A stretch of 64,000 nucleotides of DNA. It comes from Dehalococcoidia bacterium (GTDB lineage: Bacteria > Chloroflexota > Dehalococcoidia > WHTO01). Shown here piece after piece: positions 28,279 to 38,891 of this stretch (within the stretch, counting starts at the first letter, position 1; every line of letters begins with the position of its first letter). The position numbers were made by a program, and so were the translations under genes. The notes under the pieces are model-generated. The model ran no database searches. It saw only the letters and a list, made by a program, of their open reading frames with translations, and was not told the origin of the DNA. The stretch covers positions 150,662 through 214,661 of the forward strand of contig JBBDXC010000001.1 in NCBI GenBank assembly GCA_040902555.1. Direction: 5' to 3'.

Positions 28279-29811
28279 GTGTCGCTCGCCAAAGTCTATT
28301 CCTGCGCCCTCTCCGGCCTCGATGGGGAGCTCATAGAGGTCGAGGTCGATGTAAATACTGGGCAGGTCGCCTTCATCGTCGTTGGGCTCGGCGACACTGC
28401 CGTCCAGGAGGCCAGGGAGCGAATCCGTTCGGCGGTCAAGAACTCCGGCTGCCGGATGCCATTCAACCGCAAGGTCACGGTCAACCTGGCCCCCGCCGAC
28501 ATTCGCAAGGAGGGTCCCAGCTACGACCTGCCGATGGCCGTCGGCCTGCTGATCGCGTCCGGTCAGGTGATCGCCGATGTCAGGGGCTCCGTCTTTATCG
28601 GCGAGCTTTCCCTGGACGGCCGCGTGCGGCACACCCACGGTGTGCTGCCGATGGTCGCGCTGGCCCGCGAGCGCGGTATCCAGCGCGTCTTCGTCCCCGA
28701 GGACGACGCTGCCGAGGCGGCACTGGTCGAGGGCATCGAGGTCATCCCCGTGGCCAGCCTGTCTCAACTGATCAATCACTTGTCGCAGGTGCAGCCGATA
28801 GCAGCCTTCGAAGGGAAGGGGGCGCCTGCGGCGACCTGCCCCCCGGAGGTGATGGACTTCACGCATATCAAGGGTCAGGAGCACGTCAAGAGGGCGCTGG
28901 AAGTCGCCGCCGCGGGAGGGCACAACGTGCTGATGACAGGCCCGCCCGGCGCGGGCAAGACGCTGCTGGCACGTGCGATGCCCTCGATCCTGCCGACGAT
29001 GGCGCCTGATGAGTCGCTGGAGGTCACAAAGATCTACAGCGTCGCCGGGCTCCTGCCCTCGCAAACGCCGCTGCTGCGGCAGCGGCCGTTCCGCGCGCCC
29101 CACCACACGATCTCCCATGCCGGGCTGGTCGGCGGGGGACGAATTCCAAGGCCGGGCGAGATCACTCTCAGCCATCGCGGTGTCCTCTTCCTCGACGAAC
29201 TCCCCGAATTCGGGCACGCGGTGCTCGAAGTCATGCGGCAGCCGCTGGAAGACCGGCTGGTGACGATATCGCGGGCACAGGGCACCCTCACGTTCCCGGC
29301 CAACTTCATGCTCGTCTCGGCGATGAACCCCTGCCCCTGCGGCTACTTCGGGGATTCCGCGCGTGCCTGCACCTGCTCCGACGGCGCGGTGGCTCGCTAT
29401 CAAAAGCGCATATCAGGACCTCTCCTCGACCGCATCGACATCTTCGTCGAGGTGCCACGCGTGGACTTTGAGAAGCTATCCGGCGACGGCTACGGCGAGT
29501 CGTCGGAGGCTGTGCGCGAGCGAGTCGAGGAGGCGCGAGGCCGGCAGTCAATGCGCTTCAGCGAGTCGCGGCTGACCTGCAACGCCGAGATGACGGCGGT
29601 CGAAGTCCGCGAGTACTGCCAGAGCGCCCTGGACGAGGCGTCTCGCTCGCTGTTGCGGATGGCGATGGACCAGCTTTCGTTCTCCGCACGCTCGTTCCAC
29701 CGCATTTTGAAGCTGGCCCGCACGGTCGCGGACCTCGATCACTCCTCGACGATTGAGTCCCGGCACCTGGCCGAAGCGCTGCAGTATCGCCAGCGCAGCA
29801 TGGCCGCTTAG
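28279..29811 (+). CDS. comM: YifB/ComM family Mg-chelatase-like AAA+ ATPase.
   Basis: N-terminal Lon-like domain plus AAA+ core (GPPGAGKT) and C-terminal ChlI-like domain. GTG start with GGAGGGA Shine-Dalgarno. Confidence 0.85.
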   Translation: MSLAKVYSCALSGLDGELIEVEVDVNTGQVAFIVVGLGDTAVQEARERIRSAVKNSGCRMPFNRKVTVNLAPADIRKEGPSYDLPMAVGLLIASGQVIADVRGSVFIGELSLDGRVRHTHGVLPMVALARERGIQRVFVPEDDAAEAALVEGIEVIPVASLSQLINHLSQVQPIAAFEGKGAPAATCPPEVMDFTHIKGQEHVKRALEVAAAGGHNVLMTGPPGAGKTLLARAMPSILPTMAPDESLEVTKIYSVAGLLPSQTPLLRQRPFRAPHHTISHAGLVGGGRIPRPGEITLSHRGVLFLDELPEFGHAVLEVMRQPLEDRLVTISRAQGTLTFPANFMLVSAMNPCPCGYFGDSARACTCSDGAVARYQKRISGPLLDRIDIFVEVPRVDFEKLSGDGYGESSEAVRERVEEARGRQSMRFSESRLTCNAEMTAVEVREYCQSALDEASRSLLRMAMDQLSFSARSFHRILKLARTVADLDHSSTIESRHLAEALQYRQRSMAA

Positions 29812-31002
29812 ACCACGCCGCGTTCGCGGAGAGCGGCGAGCTGCTCCCACGTGTACCCCGCTTCCAGCAGGACCTCCTCGGTGTGCTGGCCCAGTTCGGG
29901 GGCGGCGTTGCCCGTTGCCGCCGGGGTTTCGGAGAAGTTGATCGGGAGCCCCACAACGTCGACCTCGCCCCGCCCGGGGTGGTCGATGGTGACTATGTAG
30001 TTGTTGAGCCGGGCCTGCGGGTCCTCCTTCAGGTCGTTGTAGGTAAGGACCGGGGCGTAAATGAGGTCCTCGGCCTTAAGACGCTCGAGCCACTCCGCAT
30101 TGCTTCGCGTTAGGAACGCTTCTTGAAGCAGTTCGTGCAGTTCGCCCAGGTTGGCCGAACGCACGAAGTGGTTCTCGAAGCGCGGGTCATGCTCTAGATG
30201 CTCGAGGTTGGCGGCCCGGCAGAGGCCCGGCCAGCGGCTCTCGCCGATGCCACAGACGACCAGGAACGAGTCCTTCGTTTTGAAAACGCGCCAGATCGTG
30301 GGCACCAGCCGGTGTCCCTTCTCCGCCTTCTCGCCGTTGATCCCGGTGATCAGGCTGTAGGTGATCTCCCAGGCCTGCATCGCCATCGTGGAGCCAAGTA
30401 GCGAAACGTCGAGCGACTGGCCCTTGCCGGTGCGCTCCCGGACGAACAGCGCCGTGACGATGCCGAGGGCCAGGTTCACAGCGCCCGTGTAGTCGGCGAT
30501 GGCGGCCCCGGCCGGCACCGGAAACTCGCCGTCGCCGGTGACGCCGATAAGGCCGCCCATCGCCTGGCCGGCGATGTCGAACCCTGGTTCGCCCGCCCGC
30601 TCGCCCTGCGTCCCCCAGGCGGTGGCGAAGGCGTAGATCACGTCCGGGTTGACGGCCTTGATGTCCTCATAGGCCAGGACCTAGCCGCTCCATTACCCCC
30701 GGCCGGAAGTTGTGGGCGACCACATCGACTTCGGCCGCGAGCTTGAGGATGACGCTGCGGCCCTCCTTGGCCTTGAGGTCGATGGCGATGCCCCGTTTGC
30801 CGCGGTTGTGGGCCAGGAAGTAGGGCGAGAAACGGTCATCACCGAGGATCGTCATGTAGCGGCCGAGGTCGCCCAGCAATGGCGGCTCGACCTTAATCAC
30901 GTCCGCCCCAAGGTCAGCGAGCATGCGAGTACCCTCGGCGCCCTGCTGGAACATCGTGAAGTCCAAAATGCGTATTCCTTCCAGCGCACCGACCATGGTC
31001 AC
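29808..31002 (-). pseudogene. CaiB/BaiF family III CoA-transferase, interrupted by a 1-nt frameshift near 30655-30668.
   Basis: N-terminal fragment 30667..31002 (…RILDF…VIKVEPP…) ends …MERLGPGL*. C-terminal frame 29808..30641 opens as VLAYEDIKAVNPDVIYAF…. Removing one C from the ggcc run restores the family's LGPGYEDIKAVNP junction. Confidence 0.6.
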
Positions 31003-32609
31003 CCTCCGGAACTGGCGGCTGAAGCCAGTTCGATTTCTTCTTGTTCGAGAACCCGATAAAGCGGTGGATGCACGGTCGCCAGCTCCTCACGGTAGCGCTG
31101 CACTTCGGCCGCCACCCGCTCTTTGGGCCAGTTGAGTTCCGCCCCGAGCATTTGGGCGGCCTCGTGGGCGACGAGGAGGCCCTGACAAGCCATCCAACCA
31201 ACGCGGGTACGTCGGAGGAAAACGTCGGCCAGGCACGTCGCCAGCTCGTTTCGGGCAGCCTCGACGACAGCGGCTTTCGGCTCGAGCGTGTGTTCACATA
31301 TGGGCTCGCGGAGATCGAGCCGATCCTCGTAGCGGGCAAAGACTTCGCCGGCGCGGTTACCCCAAACCTGTTCGAAACCAGCCGGCGTCGGGCCGGCCTC
31401 GCAGATATCCGGCTTCACGGGCCACCTCTGGCCGAGCCGCCGCCTGACGAGGTCAGCAGCTTTGCGGCCGACGCTGCGGTAGGTCGTTAGCTTTCCACCG
31501 ACCAGCGAGTAGAGTCCACCGAGTCCTTCTGAGGCGTGGTCGACAAAGAAGTGGCGGCGGGTGATGGCGCTTTCGGACCCGCCCGGATGATAGGGCAGAG
31601 CCCGAACGCCCGAGTAAGTGTAGATAACGTCGGAGTGAGTGAGCCGAATTTTCAGGAGAAGGTTTGCCTCATCGAGAAGGTAGGCAACCTCTCCGCTCGA
31701 CATCGCGCTCTGATCGGGAGAGCCATCGACTCGGACATCAGTGGTCCCGAGCAGCGTCTGGCCTAGCCATGGGATGAGGAAGAACGGCCGACCGTCGGAG
31801 CGCGCGGGCGCGTAGATGGCCTGCTTGAGTTGCAGGATCTCCGGACGCAGGACAAGGTGGCTGCCGCGGGTGCCGCCGATGCGGCGATGGCCTCCGCCTC
31901 CCGCCACGCCCAGCAACTGGTCGACCCAGGGGCCGGCCGCATTGATAACCACGTCGGCACTGACCTCGATGTCCTCGTCGCTTAACAAATCCCTGGCCGA
32001 GAGCCGAAAGCTCGTGGCGCCCTTAGATTCGATTCTCGCCAGGCCTCGCGCCTCGATGTAGTTGAGGCAGTTGGCGCCAAGGCGGCGTGCTTCCAGGACG
32101 GTTTCCACCGTCAGCCGTTCCGGTAGCTCAGCTTGGCAGTCGGAGAACGTGAACGCCGACCTCAGTCCGGTGGCGCTCAGGTTCGGCTCGGCGCGAAGGG
32201 TTGCCTGCGCGCCAAGGCTCTTGTGCCCGGGCAAGCCGCCGCCGCGGGCCAGGAGGTCGTATAGCGTCAGGCCGGCGCGGACTTTCCAGGCCGGATAGTG
32301 TCCGCCGGCATAGATCGGCATCAGCAGACGCAGTGGTTTAATCAGGTGGGGATATCGCCGCAGGAGCTCCTTTCGTTCCCTTAGAGACTCGCGGACGAGG
32401 CCCAGGTCGGCGTGTTCCAGGTAGCGCAGCCCACCGTGGATCAGCCGCGTCGACTTTGACGTCGTGCCGCTGCCAAAATCGCCCTTCTCGAGCAGCAGCA
32501 CGGAGTAGCCGGCCTGTGCCAGGGCGGCGGCGATGCCCGCGCCATTGATGCCGCCACCGATAACGGCGACCTCGTACCAGTCGCGAAGCTCGTTGAAAAG
32601 TGGTCTCAC
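30999..32609 (-). CDS. glpD: FAD-dependent glycerol-3-phosphate dehydrogenase.
   Basis: [12 protein letters not shown]…[30 protein letters not shown] start at 32609 overlaps the glpK TGA (GTGA). The longer ORF to 32717 is rejected. Confidence 0.85.
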   Translation of the reverse strand: MRPLFNELRDWYEVAVIGGGINGAGIAAALAQAGYSVLLLEKGDFGSGTTSKSTRLIHGGLRYLEHADLGLVRESLRERKELLRRYPHLIKPLRLLMPIYAGGHYPAWKVRAGLTLYDLLARGGGLPGHKSLGAQATLRAEPNLSATGLRSAFTFSDCQAELPERLTVETVLEARRLGANCLNYIEARGLARIESKGATSFRLSARDLLSDEDIEVSADVVINAAGPWVDQLLGVAGGGGHRRIGGTRGSHLVLRPEILQLKQAIYAPARSDGRPFFLIPWLGQTLLGTTDVRVDGSPDQSAMSSGEVAYLLDEANLLLKIRLTHSDVIYTYSGVRALPYHPGGSESAITRRHFFVDHASEGLGGLYSLVGGKLTTYRSVGRKAADLVRRRLGQRWPVKPDICEAGPTPAGFEQVWGNRAGEVFARYEDRLDLREPICEHTLEPKAAVVEAARNELATCLADVFLRRTRVGWMACQGLLVAHEAAQMLGAELNWPKERVAAEVQRYREELATVHPPLYRVLEQEEIELASAASSGG

Positions 32610-34099
32610 GATTGCGCCCAGTGCAGCGATCGCTCGACGGCGCGCCGCCAGGTTTCCCTCATCGCCGCGCGCTGACTCTCGGACATCTGCGGCTCGAAGC
32701 GGGCGTCGACCTTCCAATAACCCCGGAGCTCGTCGATCGATGCCCAGCAGCCGGCCGCCAGGCCGGCCAGGTAGGCGGCGCCCAGCGCCGTGGTCTCGAC
32801 GTATTGGGGCCGGACGACCGGCTTGCCCAGCAGGTCGGCCTGTATCTGCATAAGCAGGTTGTTCGCGCTGGCGCCGCCATCGACGCGCAGCTCCTTCAGC
32901 GCGGCGCCGGATTCCTTCTCCATCAGCTCGATGACGTCGCAGACCTGGAGGGCGATGGCCTCCAGGGTCGCCCTGGCGATGTGACCGGCGCCGGAGCCAC
33001 GCGTCAGGCCCAGGATGGTGCCGCGCGCTGTGGGGTCCCAGTGGGGTGCGCCGAGCCCGGTAAAGGCAGGAACCACGGAGACGCCGCCGCTGTCCGGGAC
33101 AGAGGCGGCGAGGGCCTCGATGTCGGAGGCAGACTTGATCAGGCCGAGCTCATCGCGGAGCCACTGCACGGCGCTGCCGGTGACGAAGATGCTGCCCTCC
33201 AGGGCGAAGCCCTTCTGGCCGTCTGCCGTCGCCGTGGCGGTGGCCAGCAGCCCGGACTCGCTGCGCGGGCGGCGAGCCCCGGTGTTTAAGAGAGCAAAGC
33301 TGCCCGTGCCGTAGGTATTCTTGGCTTCTCCCGGCTCAAAGCAGGCCTGGCCGAAGAGGGCCGCCTGCTGGTCGCCGGCGACGCCCATGATAGGCACGGG
33401 CGTCCCGAGGATGTCGGCGATCGTTTCGCCAAAGCTCCCCGATGAGTGCCGTATATCCGGAAGTACACAGGGTGGAATGGAGAACTCTGACAGCAGGTCG
33501 CCGTCCCACGCACCGCTCTGGAGGTTGTAGAGCAGGGTGCGGGAGGCGTTGGTGACGTCGGTCAGGTGCTCCTTCCCGCCGGTCAGCTTCCAGATCAGCC
33601 AGCTGTCGATTGTGCCGAAGGCCAGCTCGCCGGCCTCGGCCCTGGTTCGGATCCCCAGCGCGTTCTCGAGCAGCCAGCGCAGCTTGGTCGCCGAGAAGTA
33701 GGGGTCGGCAAGGAGGCCTGTCTTCTCCCTGATACCTAGTTCCTTGCCGGCCGCCTTCAGCGATTCGCAATATTCCGCCGTGCGCCGGTCTTGCCAAACG
33801 ATGGCGTTGTAGACCGGTCTGCCCGTGGCGCGCTCCCAGAGCAGCGTGGTTTCGCGCTGGTTGGTGATGCCGATGGCTAGCAGGTCGTCCACTCCGGCAT
33901 TAGCCTTCTCCAGAACGCGGCGGGCGGTGGCCAGCTGCGAGTCCCAGATCGCCTCCGGATCGTGTTCGACCCAGCCGGGCTGGGGGTAGAGCTGGGGAAA
34001 CTCCTGGCTGGCCGCAGCCACCTCCTGGCCCGCCTCGTCGAAGAGGATCGAGCGGGAGCTGGACGTGCCCTGGTCGAGGGCGAGAAGGTAGGGGGCCAC
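32606..34099 (-). CDS. glpK: Glycerol kinase.
   Basis: [12 protein letters not shown]-terminal FGGY motif and full-length FGGY kinase similarity. Confidence 0.95.
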   Translation of the reverse strand: MAPYLLALDQGTSSSRSILFDEAGQEVAAASQEFPQLYPQPGWVEHDPEAIWDSQLATARRVLEKANAGVDDLLAIGITNQRETTLLWERATGRPVYNAIVWQDRRTAEYCESLKAAGKELGIREKTGLLADPYFSATKLRWLLENALGIRTRAEAGELAFGTIDSWLIWKLTGGKEHLTDVTNASRTLLYNLQSGAWDGDLLSEFSIPPCVLPDIRHSSGSFGETIADILGTPVPIMGVAGDQQAALFGQACFEPGEAKNTYGTGSFALLNTGARRPRSESGLLATATATADGQKGFALEGSIFVTGSAVQWLRDELGLIKSASDIEALAASVPDSGGVSVVPAFTGLGAPHWDPTARGTILGLTRGSGAGHIARATLEAIALQVCDVIELMEKESGAALKELRVDGGASANNLLMQIQADLLGKPVVRPQYVETTALGAAYLAGLAAGCWASIDELRGYWKVDARFEPQMSESQRAAMRETWRRAVERSLHWAQS

Positions 34100-34162
34100 G
34101 AGTCAAGACTCATGACCTGCCGGGGCTCGGTCAAGGACGCAGTTCGGATGAAAGGCGTGTGA

Positions 34163-35254
34163 ATGGAAACGGGCGTTAGCTACTTCTCGGCGCGGGACCT
34201 CAGGCACGTCCAGTCGGACCTGGAAGAGATCGTTGGGCACGGCTGTACCTACATCGTCCATTGCTACACCGAGACGGACATGCTCTGGAATCGCGGGACG
34301 ATAGAGAGAATCTTCCGGACCACCCGAGACGCGGGGCTGGGCGTCTGGGCCGACCCATGGGGGGTTGCCGGGATCTTCTCCGGTGAGACACTTAGCCGAT
34401 TTGCCGCCGACCACCTCGATGCCTGGCAGCAACTTTCCGATGGAAGGCGCGTGCCCGTTGCCTGCCCGAGTCATCCCGAGACTCGAGGTTTCATCAAGCG
34501 GTGGGTTCAGGTCGCGGCTGAGGCAGGCGCTGAGGTTGCCTTCTGGGACGAGCCACACCTCTACGCCAGCGCTTGGGCGGGCGACTTCTCGGGCGCCTGG
34601 TCGTGCCATTGCAGCCACTGCGCTGAGCTTCTCAGCCAGCACGGGGGAGGAACTCTGCACGAGGAGTTCGACGCCGGGATGATGGCCTTCCGAGAGACCG
34701 TGTTGCTCGACTTCTTGGCCGGCGTCTGTGCGGCGGGCCGGCAGGCTGGCCTGCGAAACGCTTTGTGTCTCCTGCCCTCGGCTTTCGAACGCCACGGCTT
34801 CCCGGCCGTGGCCGAGGGCATGCGGTCGGGACTTGCCGGACGAGTTCCAGCGGACAAGCTCGAGCAGGTGATCGCGCCGCTGCTGCATTTTGGGATCGAC
34901 GACTGGGACAAGGCTGCGGCAATACCCGACCTGGATATCTTCGGCACTGACCCCTACTGGTTCCTCTTCGATGTCGAGCCTGAGCGGTTCATGAGGAGTT
35001 ACTCGGAGCGAGCCATCGAGACGGCGAATGCTCACGGTCGCGAGTCGCAGCTCTGGCTGCAGGCCTTCAGGGTGCCGGAGGGGCGCGAGGAGGAGCTGCG
35101 AATGGGGGCGGCGGTGGCTGCTGAGCTCGGCGCCGACAGCGTGGCGGCGTGGAGCTACCGCGGGACGGAGAGCATGTCGAAGATCGCCTGTGCCCGGCCC
35201 CAAGTGGTCTGGGGCGTGTTGGGGGAAGCCTTCCGGACCCTCCGCCGCGCCTGA
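34163..35254 (+). CDS. Hypothetical protein (363 aa; possibly a TIM-barrel hydrolase-like fold, not resolved).
   Basis: Clean ORF with protein-like composition. Its last about 14 codons are duplicated in diverged form downstream (35348..35395). Confidence 0.5.
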   Translation: METGVSYFSARDLRHVQSDLEEIVGHGCTYIVHCYTETDMLWNRGTIERIFRTTRDAGLGVWADPWGVAGIFSGETLSRFAADHLDAWQQLSDGRRVPVACPSHPETRGFIKRWVQVAAEAGAEVAFWDEPHLYASAWAGDFSGAWSCHCSHCAELLSQHGGGTLHEEFDAGMMAFRETVLLDFLAGVCAAGRQAGLRNALCLLPSAFERHGFPAVAEGMRSGLAGRVPADKLEQVIAPLLHFGIDDWDKAAAIPDLDIFGTDPYWFLFDVEPERFMRSYSERAIETANAHGRESQLWLQAFRVPEGREEELRMGAAVAAELGADSVAAWSYRGTESMSKIACARPQVVWGVLGEAFRTLRRA

Positions 35255-35275
35255 GCCCCCAATCTGCTCGAAGCT

Positions 35276-35318
35276 CGATCACCCTCACCCTGCCTCTCCC
35301 TCAAGGGAGAGGGGATTA
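35276..35318. repeat. REP-like palindromic element, copy C (atcaccctcaccctg-cctctccc-tcaa-gggagagg-ggat).
   Basis: Stem cctctccc (35293-35300) / gggagagg (35305-35312). Shares the tcaccctg prefix and the CCTCTCC…GGAGAGG stem with the 5.4-kb copies. Confidence 0.7.
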
Positions 35319-35455
35319 CCAAGGGCAGATGTGCCCGGCCTGACGCGGTGTGGCAGGTGCTCGGGGAGGCCTTCGGGAAGATCCGCGGCGCTTAGACGCT
35401 CGTGTACGCCGCTGTAGGTCGATTTGCTGCGAGGCGATTTCTTGTTCGGAGCCCG

Positions 35456-35500
35456 ATCACCGTCACCCTGGCCCTCTGTCTCAAGGGAGAGGGGATAGGC
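35456..35500. repeat. REP-like palindromic element, copy D (degenerate: atcaccgtcaccctggccctctgtctcaagggagaggggat).
   Basis: Stem ccctct (35472-35477) / agaggg (35488-35493) with the same prefix. Part of a diverged tandem duplication with copy C. Confidence 0.6.
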
Positions 35501-35531
35501 TCATCTATTCCAGGCAGCCCCTCTCGCCTTC

Positions 35532-35822
35532 TTAGCGGCGGTAGGTGCGGCGGCGGTAGACGAAGACTTCTTCGACAACCGTTGCAGGCTGGGCTTCGGG
35601 CCGCACAGCTATCGTCTTGGATTCGCTCCTGGTTTGCGGCAGGGTTGGCTCGGGGGAGAGGATGCGGCCGACAACGTGCTTGAGGACGATTCGGGCGACG
35701 GCGCCGGCGGCCATCAGGGCCGCGCCGCGCTTCGCGGTCGTGGCCAGCACCTGCATCGGTGAGACCACGACGGGATAAGGGGTGGCCCTGACCACGGGTA
35801 ATCGAGCGGAGCGTTCGTCCAT
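35532..35822 (-). CDS. Small hypothetical protein (96 aa).
   Basis: ORF sits directly downstream of the formyltransferase-family gene on the same strand. Composition is protein-like, but no family was recognised. Confidence 0.3.
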   Translation of the reverse strand: MDERSARLPVVRATPYPVVVSPMQVLATTAKRGAALMAAGAVARIVLKHVVGRILSPEPTLPQTRSESKTIAVRPEAQPATVVEEVFVYRRRTYRR

Positions 35823-35827
35823 GACCG

Positions 35828-36658
35828 CTACTCCTCTGTTTTTCTGTGCGCTGAGTCTAGAGCCTGCTCGACCTCGGTTGTCAGGTCCAGGGGGGTCGCC
35901 GGGCTGCCGGCCTTGTCGAGGACTGTGCCGGCCTCAACCCGAACGAGCCCCTGGGCGGCGGCCCGGAGGGTTTCCAGCATCAGTGGGCGCTCGCGTTCCA
36001 GGCCCATGGCTCGGATCGCCGTGAATAGGGGCAGGTCCTCGCCCTGCGTAAGCCGGAGCTCGTGGACTTCGCTCGCGTTGAGGGCATCCCACTCGGGCGC
36101 AGCCAAACTATAGCGACAAAACGTCGCGATCGGGCCCTCATCGAGCTCGGGCGTAACGACGTGAATGCTGACGCCGCTCTCGGTGGCGCGACCCTCGATT
36201 AGCTGCCAGATGACCTCCTGCCACGTGCCCTTGGGTCCTCCCGGTTCAGCGGGATGGAGGTTCAGCAAGGGGTATCGCTGGCAAAACTCGGGACTGGTGA
36301 TCAGCATGTAGCCGGCGAGGACGCCGAGGTCGAAGGGGTGCTCGGCCAGGGCCCCGGCGACCGCTTCGTCGTACTGCCCCCGCCATTCGGGGAGGGCCTC
36401 GCCTGGCTTTGAGCGCTCGCCGCCGTGCGCCTTACGGAAGGCTACGGACGAAAGGGATACGACCGGGATGCCCCGTTGGGCGGCGTAGCAGAGGAGGCTG
36501 TCCGTCGGCTCGGCTTCGCCGGGCTCGCGATTGCTGAAAAGCACGCCGATCTCGGCGTCGATGCGGCCGGCAGCTATGCCCTCGACGGCTCCGCGCAGCA
36601 GGGCGAGGGAGCCGGTGCCGCGGCCCGTAGTGAACCAGCCGAGCCGGAGCTTGCTCAC
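35828..36658 (-). CDS. Formyltransferase-family (PurN/Fmt N-terminal-domain-like) protein.
   Basis: …LAGYMLI…LLNLHPAEPGGPKG… and …SGVSIHVVTPELDEGPIATF… resemble the formyl_trans_N catalytic core (N/H/D-region). Confidence 0.5.
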   Translation of the reverse strand: MSKLRLGWFTTGRGTGSLALLRGAVEGIAAGRIDAEIGVLFSNREPGEAEPTDSLLCYAAQRGIPVVSLSSVAFRKAHGGERSKPGEALPEWRGQYDEAVAGALAEHPFDLGVLAGYMLITSPEFCQRYPLLNLHPAEPGGPKGTWQEVIWQLIEGRATESGVSIHVVTPELDEGPIATFCRYSLAAPEWDALNASEVHELRLTQGEDLPLFTAIRAMGLERERPLMLETLRAAAQGLVRVEAGTVLDKAGSPATPLDLTTEVEQALDSAHRKTEE

Positions 36659-37398
36659 GGCAGGGCGGGCCCCGCGGAGCGATTGTGGTTCGAATCATCT
36701 CGGTAAACGGGACGCGCCCCTACAGGGGGTGGTTCCACCTTGAGCACGGGCGAGGCCGGCGGGCCTTTGCGGCGGCGGAGGCGCAGGCGGGTCAGCGGGC
36801 TGGAGCGGCGGCCCACGATCATTCCCTGTCTGAGTGAAGAGAGGAACTCGGAGGCGCCGCTGAAGGCGGGCATGTCGACGTAGGCGGCGCCGAGCTCGCC
36901 GGCAGAGTGGGCGTCGCTGCCACCAGTCATGACCAGGCCTTTCTCGCGGGCCCAGGACACTGTCCGCTCATTGTCTGACCAGAGGAGCGTCCGCGAGTTG
37001 AAGACCTCAACGGCGTCGAGGTAAACGGCGATGCTCTGCAGGGTCGCGCCGTCGATGCGGCGGCGGCGGAAGCGGTCGAAGGGGTGGGGGGCCACGACAA
37101 GGCCGCCTTGCTCGTGAATGGCCTTGGCCGTCTCCGAGGCGAGCATTCCCGCTGGGACAACTTCCTGCAGGAAGAGGCCGATTAGCTCGCCCTCCGAGCT
37201 GTCGATCTCCTCGCCGACGATGACCTGGAAGGGCGCCATTTCGCGAACGGCCAGGGCGCCCTCGAGGGTGTTGTGGTCGGTAATGCAGACGGCGGCGAAG
37301 CCCATCCGTGCGTAGCGGGCAACGAGGGTCTCAGGGTCCAGGGCTGAGTCCTGGCTGAACGTGGTATGGCAGTGGGTGTCGACGCGGATCAGGGCCAA
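36655..37398 (-). CDS. PHP-domain metal-dependent phosphoesterase.
   Basis: VDTHCHTTFSQDS…CITDHNTL…: PHP His motifs. Confidence 0.75.
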   Translation of the reverse strand: MALIRVDTHCHTTFSQDSALDPETLVARYARMGFAAVCITDHNTLEGALAVREMAPFQVIVGEEIDSSEGELIGLFLQEVVPAGMLASETAKAIHEQGGLVVAPHPFDRFRRRRIDGATLQSIAVYLDAVEVFNSRTLLWSDNERTVSWAREKGLVMTGGSDAHSAGELGAAYVDMPAFSGASEFLSSLRQGMIVGRRSSPLTRLRLRRRKGPPASPVLKVEPPPVGARPVYRDDSNHNRSAGPALP

Positions 37399-37641
37399 CT
37401 AGAGGTCCTCCTCCATTTGGTACGTCGCCGGCTCTTCGCGGATGTATTGCTCGCGCAGTTGGGTGATGCGCAGGCTGGCGCTGTCCAGGCGCTCCTGGCA
37501 CACGGCCGCGAGCTTCATGCCCTGCTCGTAGAGGCTGATGGACTCGTCGAGACTCAGGCCGCCAGCCTCCAGGCGGCCGACCAGCTCCTCGAGCTCCTTC
37601 AGGGCAGCCTCGAACGGCTGAGGGTCGGCTTGCTTGCTCAC
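37399..37641 (-). CDS. xseB: Exodeoxyribonuclease VII small subunit.
   Basis: FEAALKELEELVGRLEAGGLSLDESISLYEQG: XseB signature. Confidence 0.9.
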   Translation of the reverse strand: MSKQADPQPFEAALKELEELVGRLEAGGLSLDESISLYEQGMKLAAVCQERLDSASLRITQLREQYIREEPATYQMEEDL

Positions 37642-38888
37642 GCGCCATCCAGGGGAAGAGCTGATTGGTTCGAGGCCACCACGGCGAGCCGGCGGCGTTT
37701 GACCCTCACGCCTTTGCCGGCGATGGCGTCGAGGTCGCCCTGGGCGAGGCGGATGGCCAGCGGTTGGCCGGTCGAGACTTCGGCCGGCGAACGCAGGGCG
37801 CGGCCGCCGGCCTGGACCACAGCATAGCCGCGCTCCAGCGTCGCCAGAGGGCTCAGCGCGGCGACTCGCGCGGAGTAAGACGTGGTTTTGGAAGAACCCT
37901 CGGCGAGGCAGCGGTCGATGGCAAGTGATGCGCTGCGCAGGAGGCGGCTAACCCGATCCTGTTGCAGCTCGGGCGATGGCAGCGCGCGCTCCAGCCGGGT
38001 GATCAGGCGCTCAACGGAGCGCGACTCGGTTTCGCTGAGGCCCTGGACGCAGCGCGAGGCTCGATTCAAGAGAGCGCCGAGGTAGCCTCGGACCTGCGCC
38101 TGGTCGGGGACGGCTCGCTCGGCCGCTACCGAGGGCGTTGAGGCTCTGAGGTCGGCGACGTAGTCGGCGATTGTGGTGTCTGACTCGTGGCCGATGCCGG
38201 TCACGACCGGCACGGGGCAGCGGAAGATGGCGCGGGCCACGGCCTCCTCGTTGAAGGCCCAGAGATCCTCGATGGAGCCGCCACCGCGGGCGACGATGAC
38301 GACGTCGAGTCCGGATCGACTTTGCAGCTCTTCGAGGGCCGCGACCAGGCCGGGGACGGCCGCCACACCCTGCACGGCGGTCGGCACGAGCAGGACCTCG
38401 GCCATTGGCCAGCGGCGCTCGAGGACGCGCTGGATGTCCTGCCAAGCAGCGGCGTCGGGCGACGTAACCACGGCGATGCGCCGGGGAAACAGCGGGAGCG
38501 GGCGCTTTCGTGACTCGTCGAAGAGCCCTTCCTCGTCAAGCTGAGCTTTGAGCCGCTCAAATTCTGCGCCGAGCCGGCCGACGCCGGCGGGCTGCACGAA
38601 GCTCACGTTGAAGGTGATCTCGCCGCGGGGGGCGTAGAACTCGATGTGGCCCTGGCAGAGGACCTGCTCGCCCTGGTCAAAGTTGTAGCCGGGGCTACGG
38701 TCGCGGCGGGCGAAGAGGGCGCAGCGCAGCTGGGCGTCGTTGTCTTTGAGGCTGAAATAGGCGTGGCCGGAGCCGGCCCGCTTGAGGTTGGTGACCTCGC
38801 CCTCGATCCAGATGTCGCTCAGGTTGAGGTCGCTCTCGATCAGCTCGCGGATATAGGAGGCGACCTGGCGAACGCTGTAGAACTGCAC
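37638..38888 (-). CDS. xseA: Exodeoxyribonuclease VII large subunit.
   Basis: N-terminal OB fold (…VWIEGEVTNLKRAGSGHAYFSLKD…) plus ExoVII catalytic domain. Confidence 0.9.
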   Translation of the reverse strand: MQFYSVRQVASYIRELIESDLNLSDIWIEGEVTNLKRAGSGHAYFSLKDNDAQLRCALFARRDRSPGYNFDQGEQVLCQGHIEFYAPRGEITFNVSFVQPAGVGRLGAEFERLKAQLDEEGLFDESRKRPLPLFPRRIAVVTSPDAAAWQDIQRVLERRWPMAEVLLVPTAVQGVAAVPGLVAALEELQSRSGLDVVIVARGGGSIEDLWAFNEEAVARAIFRCPVPVVTGIGHESDTTIADYVADLRASTPSVAAERAVPDQAQVRGYLGALLNRASRCVQGLSETESRSVERLITRLERALPSPELQQDRVSRLLRSASLAIDRCLAEGSSKTTSYSARVAALSPLATLERGYAVVQAGGRALRSPAEVSTGQPLAIRLAQGDLDAIAGKGVRVKRRRLAVVASNQSALPLDGA

Positions 38889-38891
38889 CAG

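Noticed and set aside
28249-29403. 384-aa minus-strand ORF.
   Set aside because: Antisense to comM, which carries unambiguous AAA+ motifs.
32110-32140. tRNA-like D-arm string 'ggtagctcagcttggcag'.
   Set aside because: No matching acceptor stem or T-loop (GTTCRANYC) nearby. It lies inside the glpD coding sequence. No tRNA, rRNA or CRISPR array was detectable anywhere in the window.
30999-32717. Longer glpD start at 32717 (ORF-caller Met).
   Set aside because: It would overlap glpK by 111 nt. The GTG at 32609 gives the normal 14 residues before the FAD motif and a GTGA-coupled junction.
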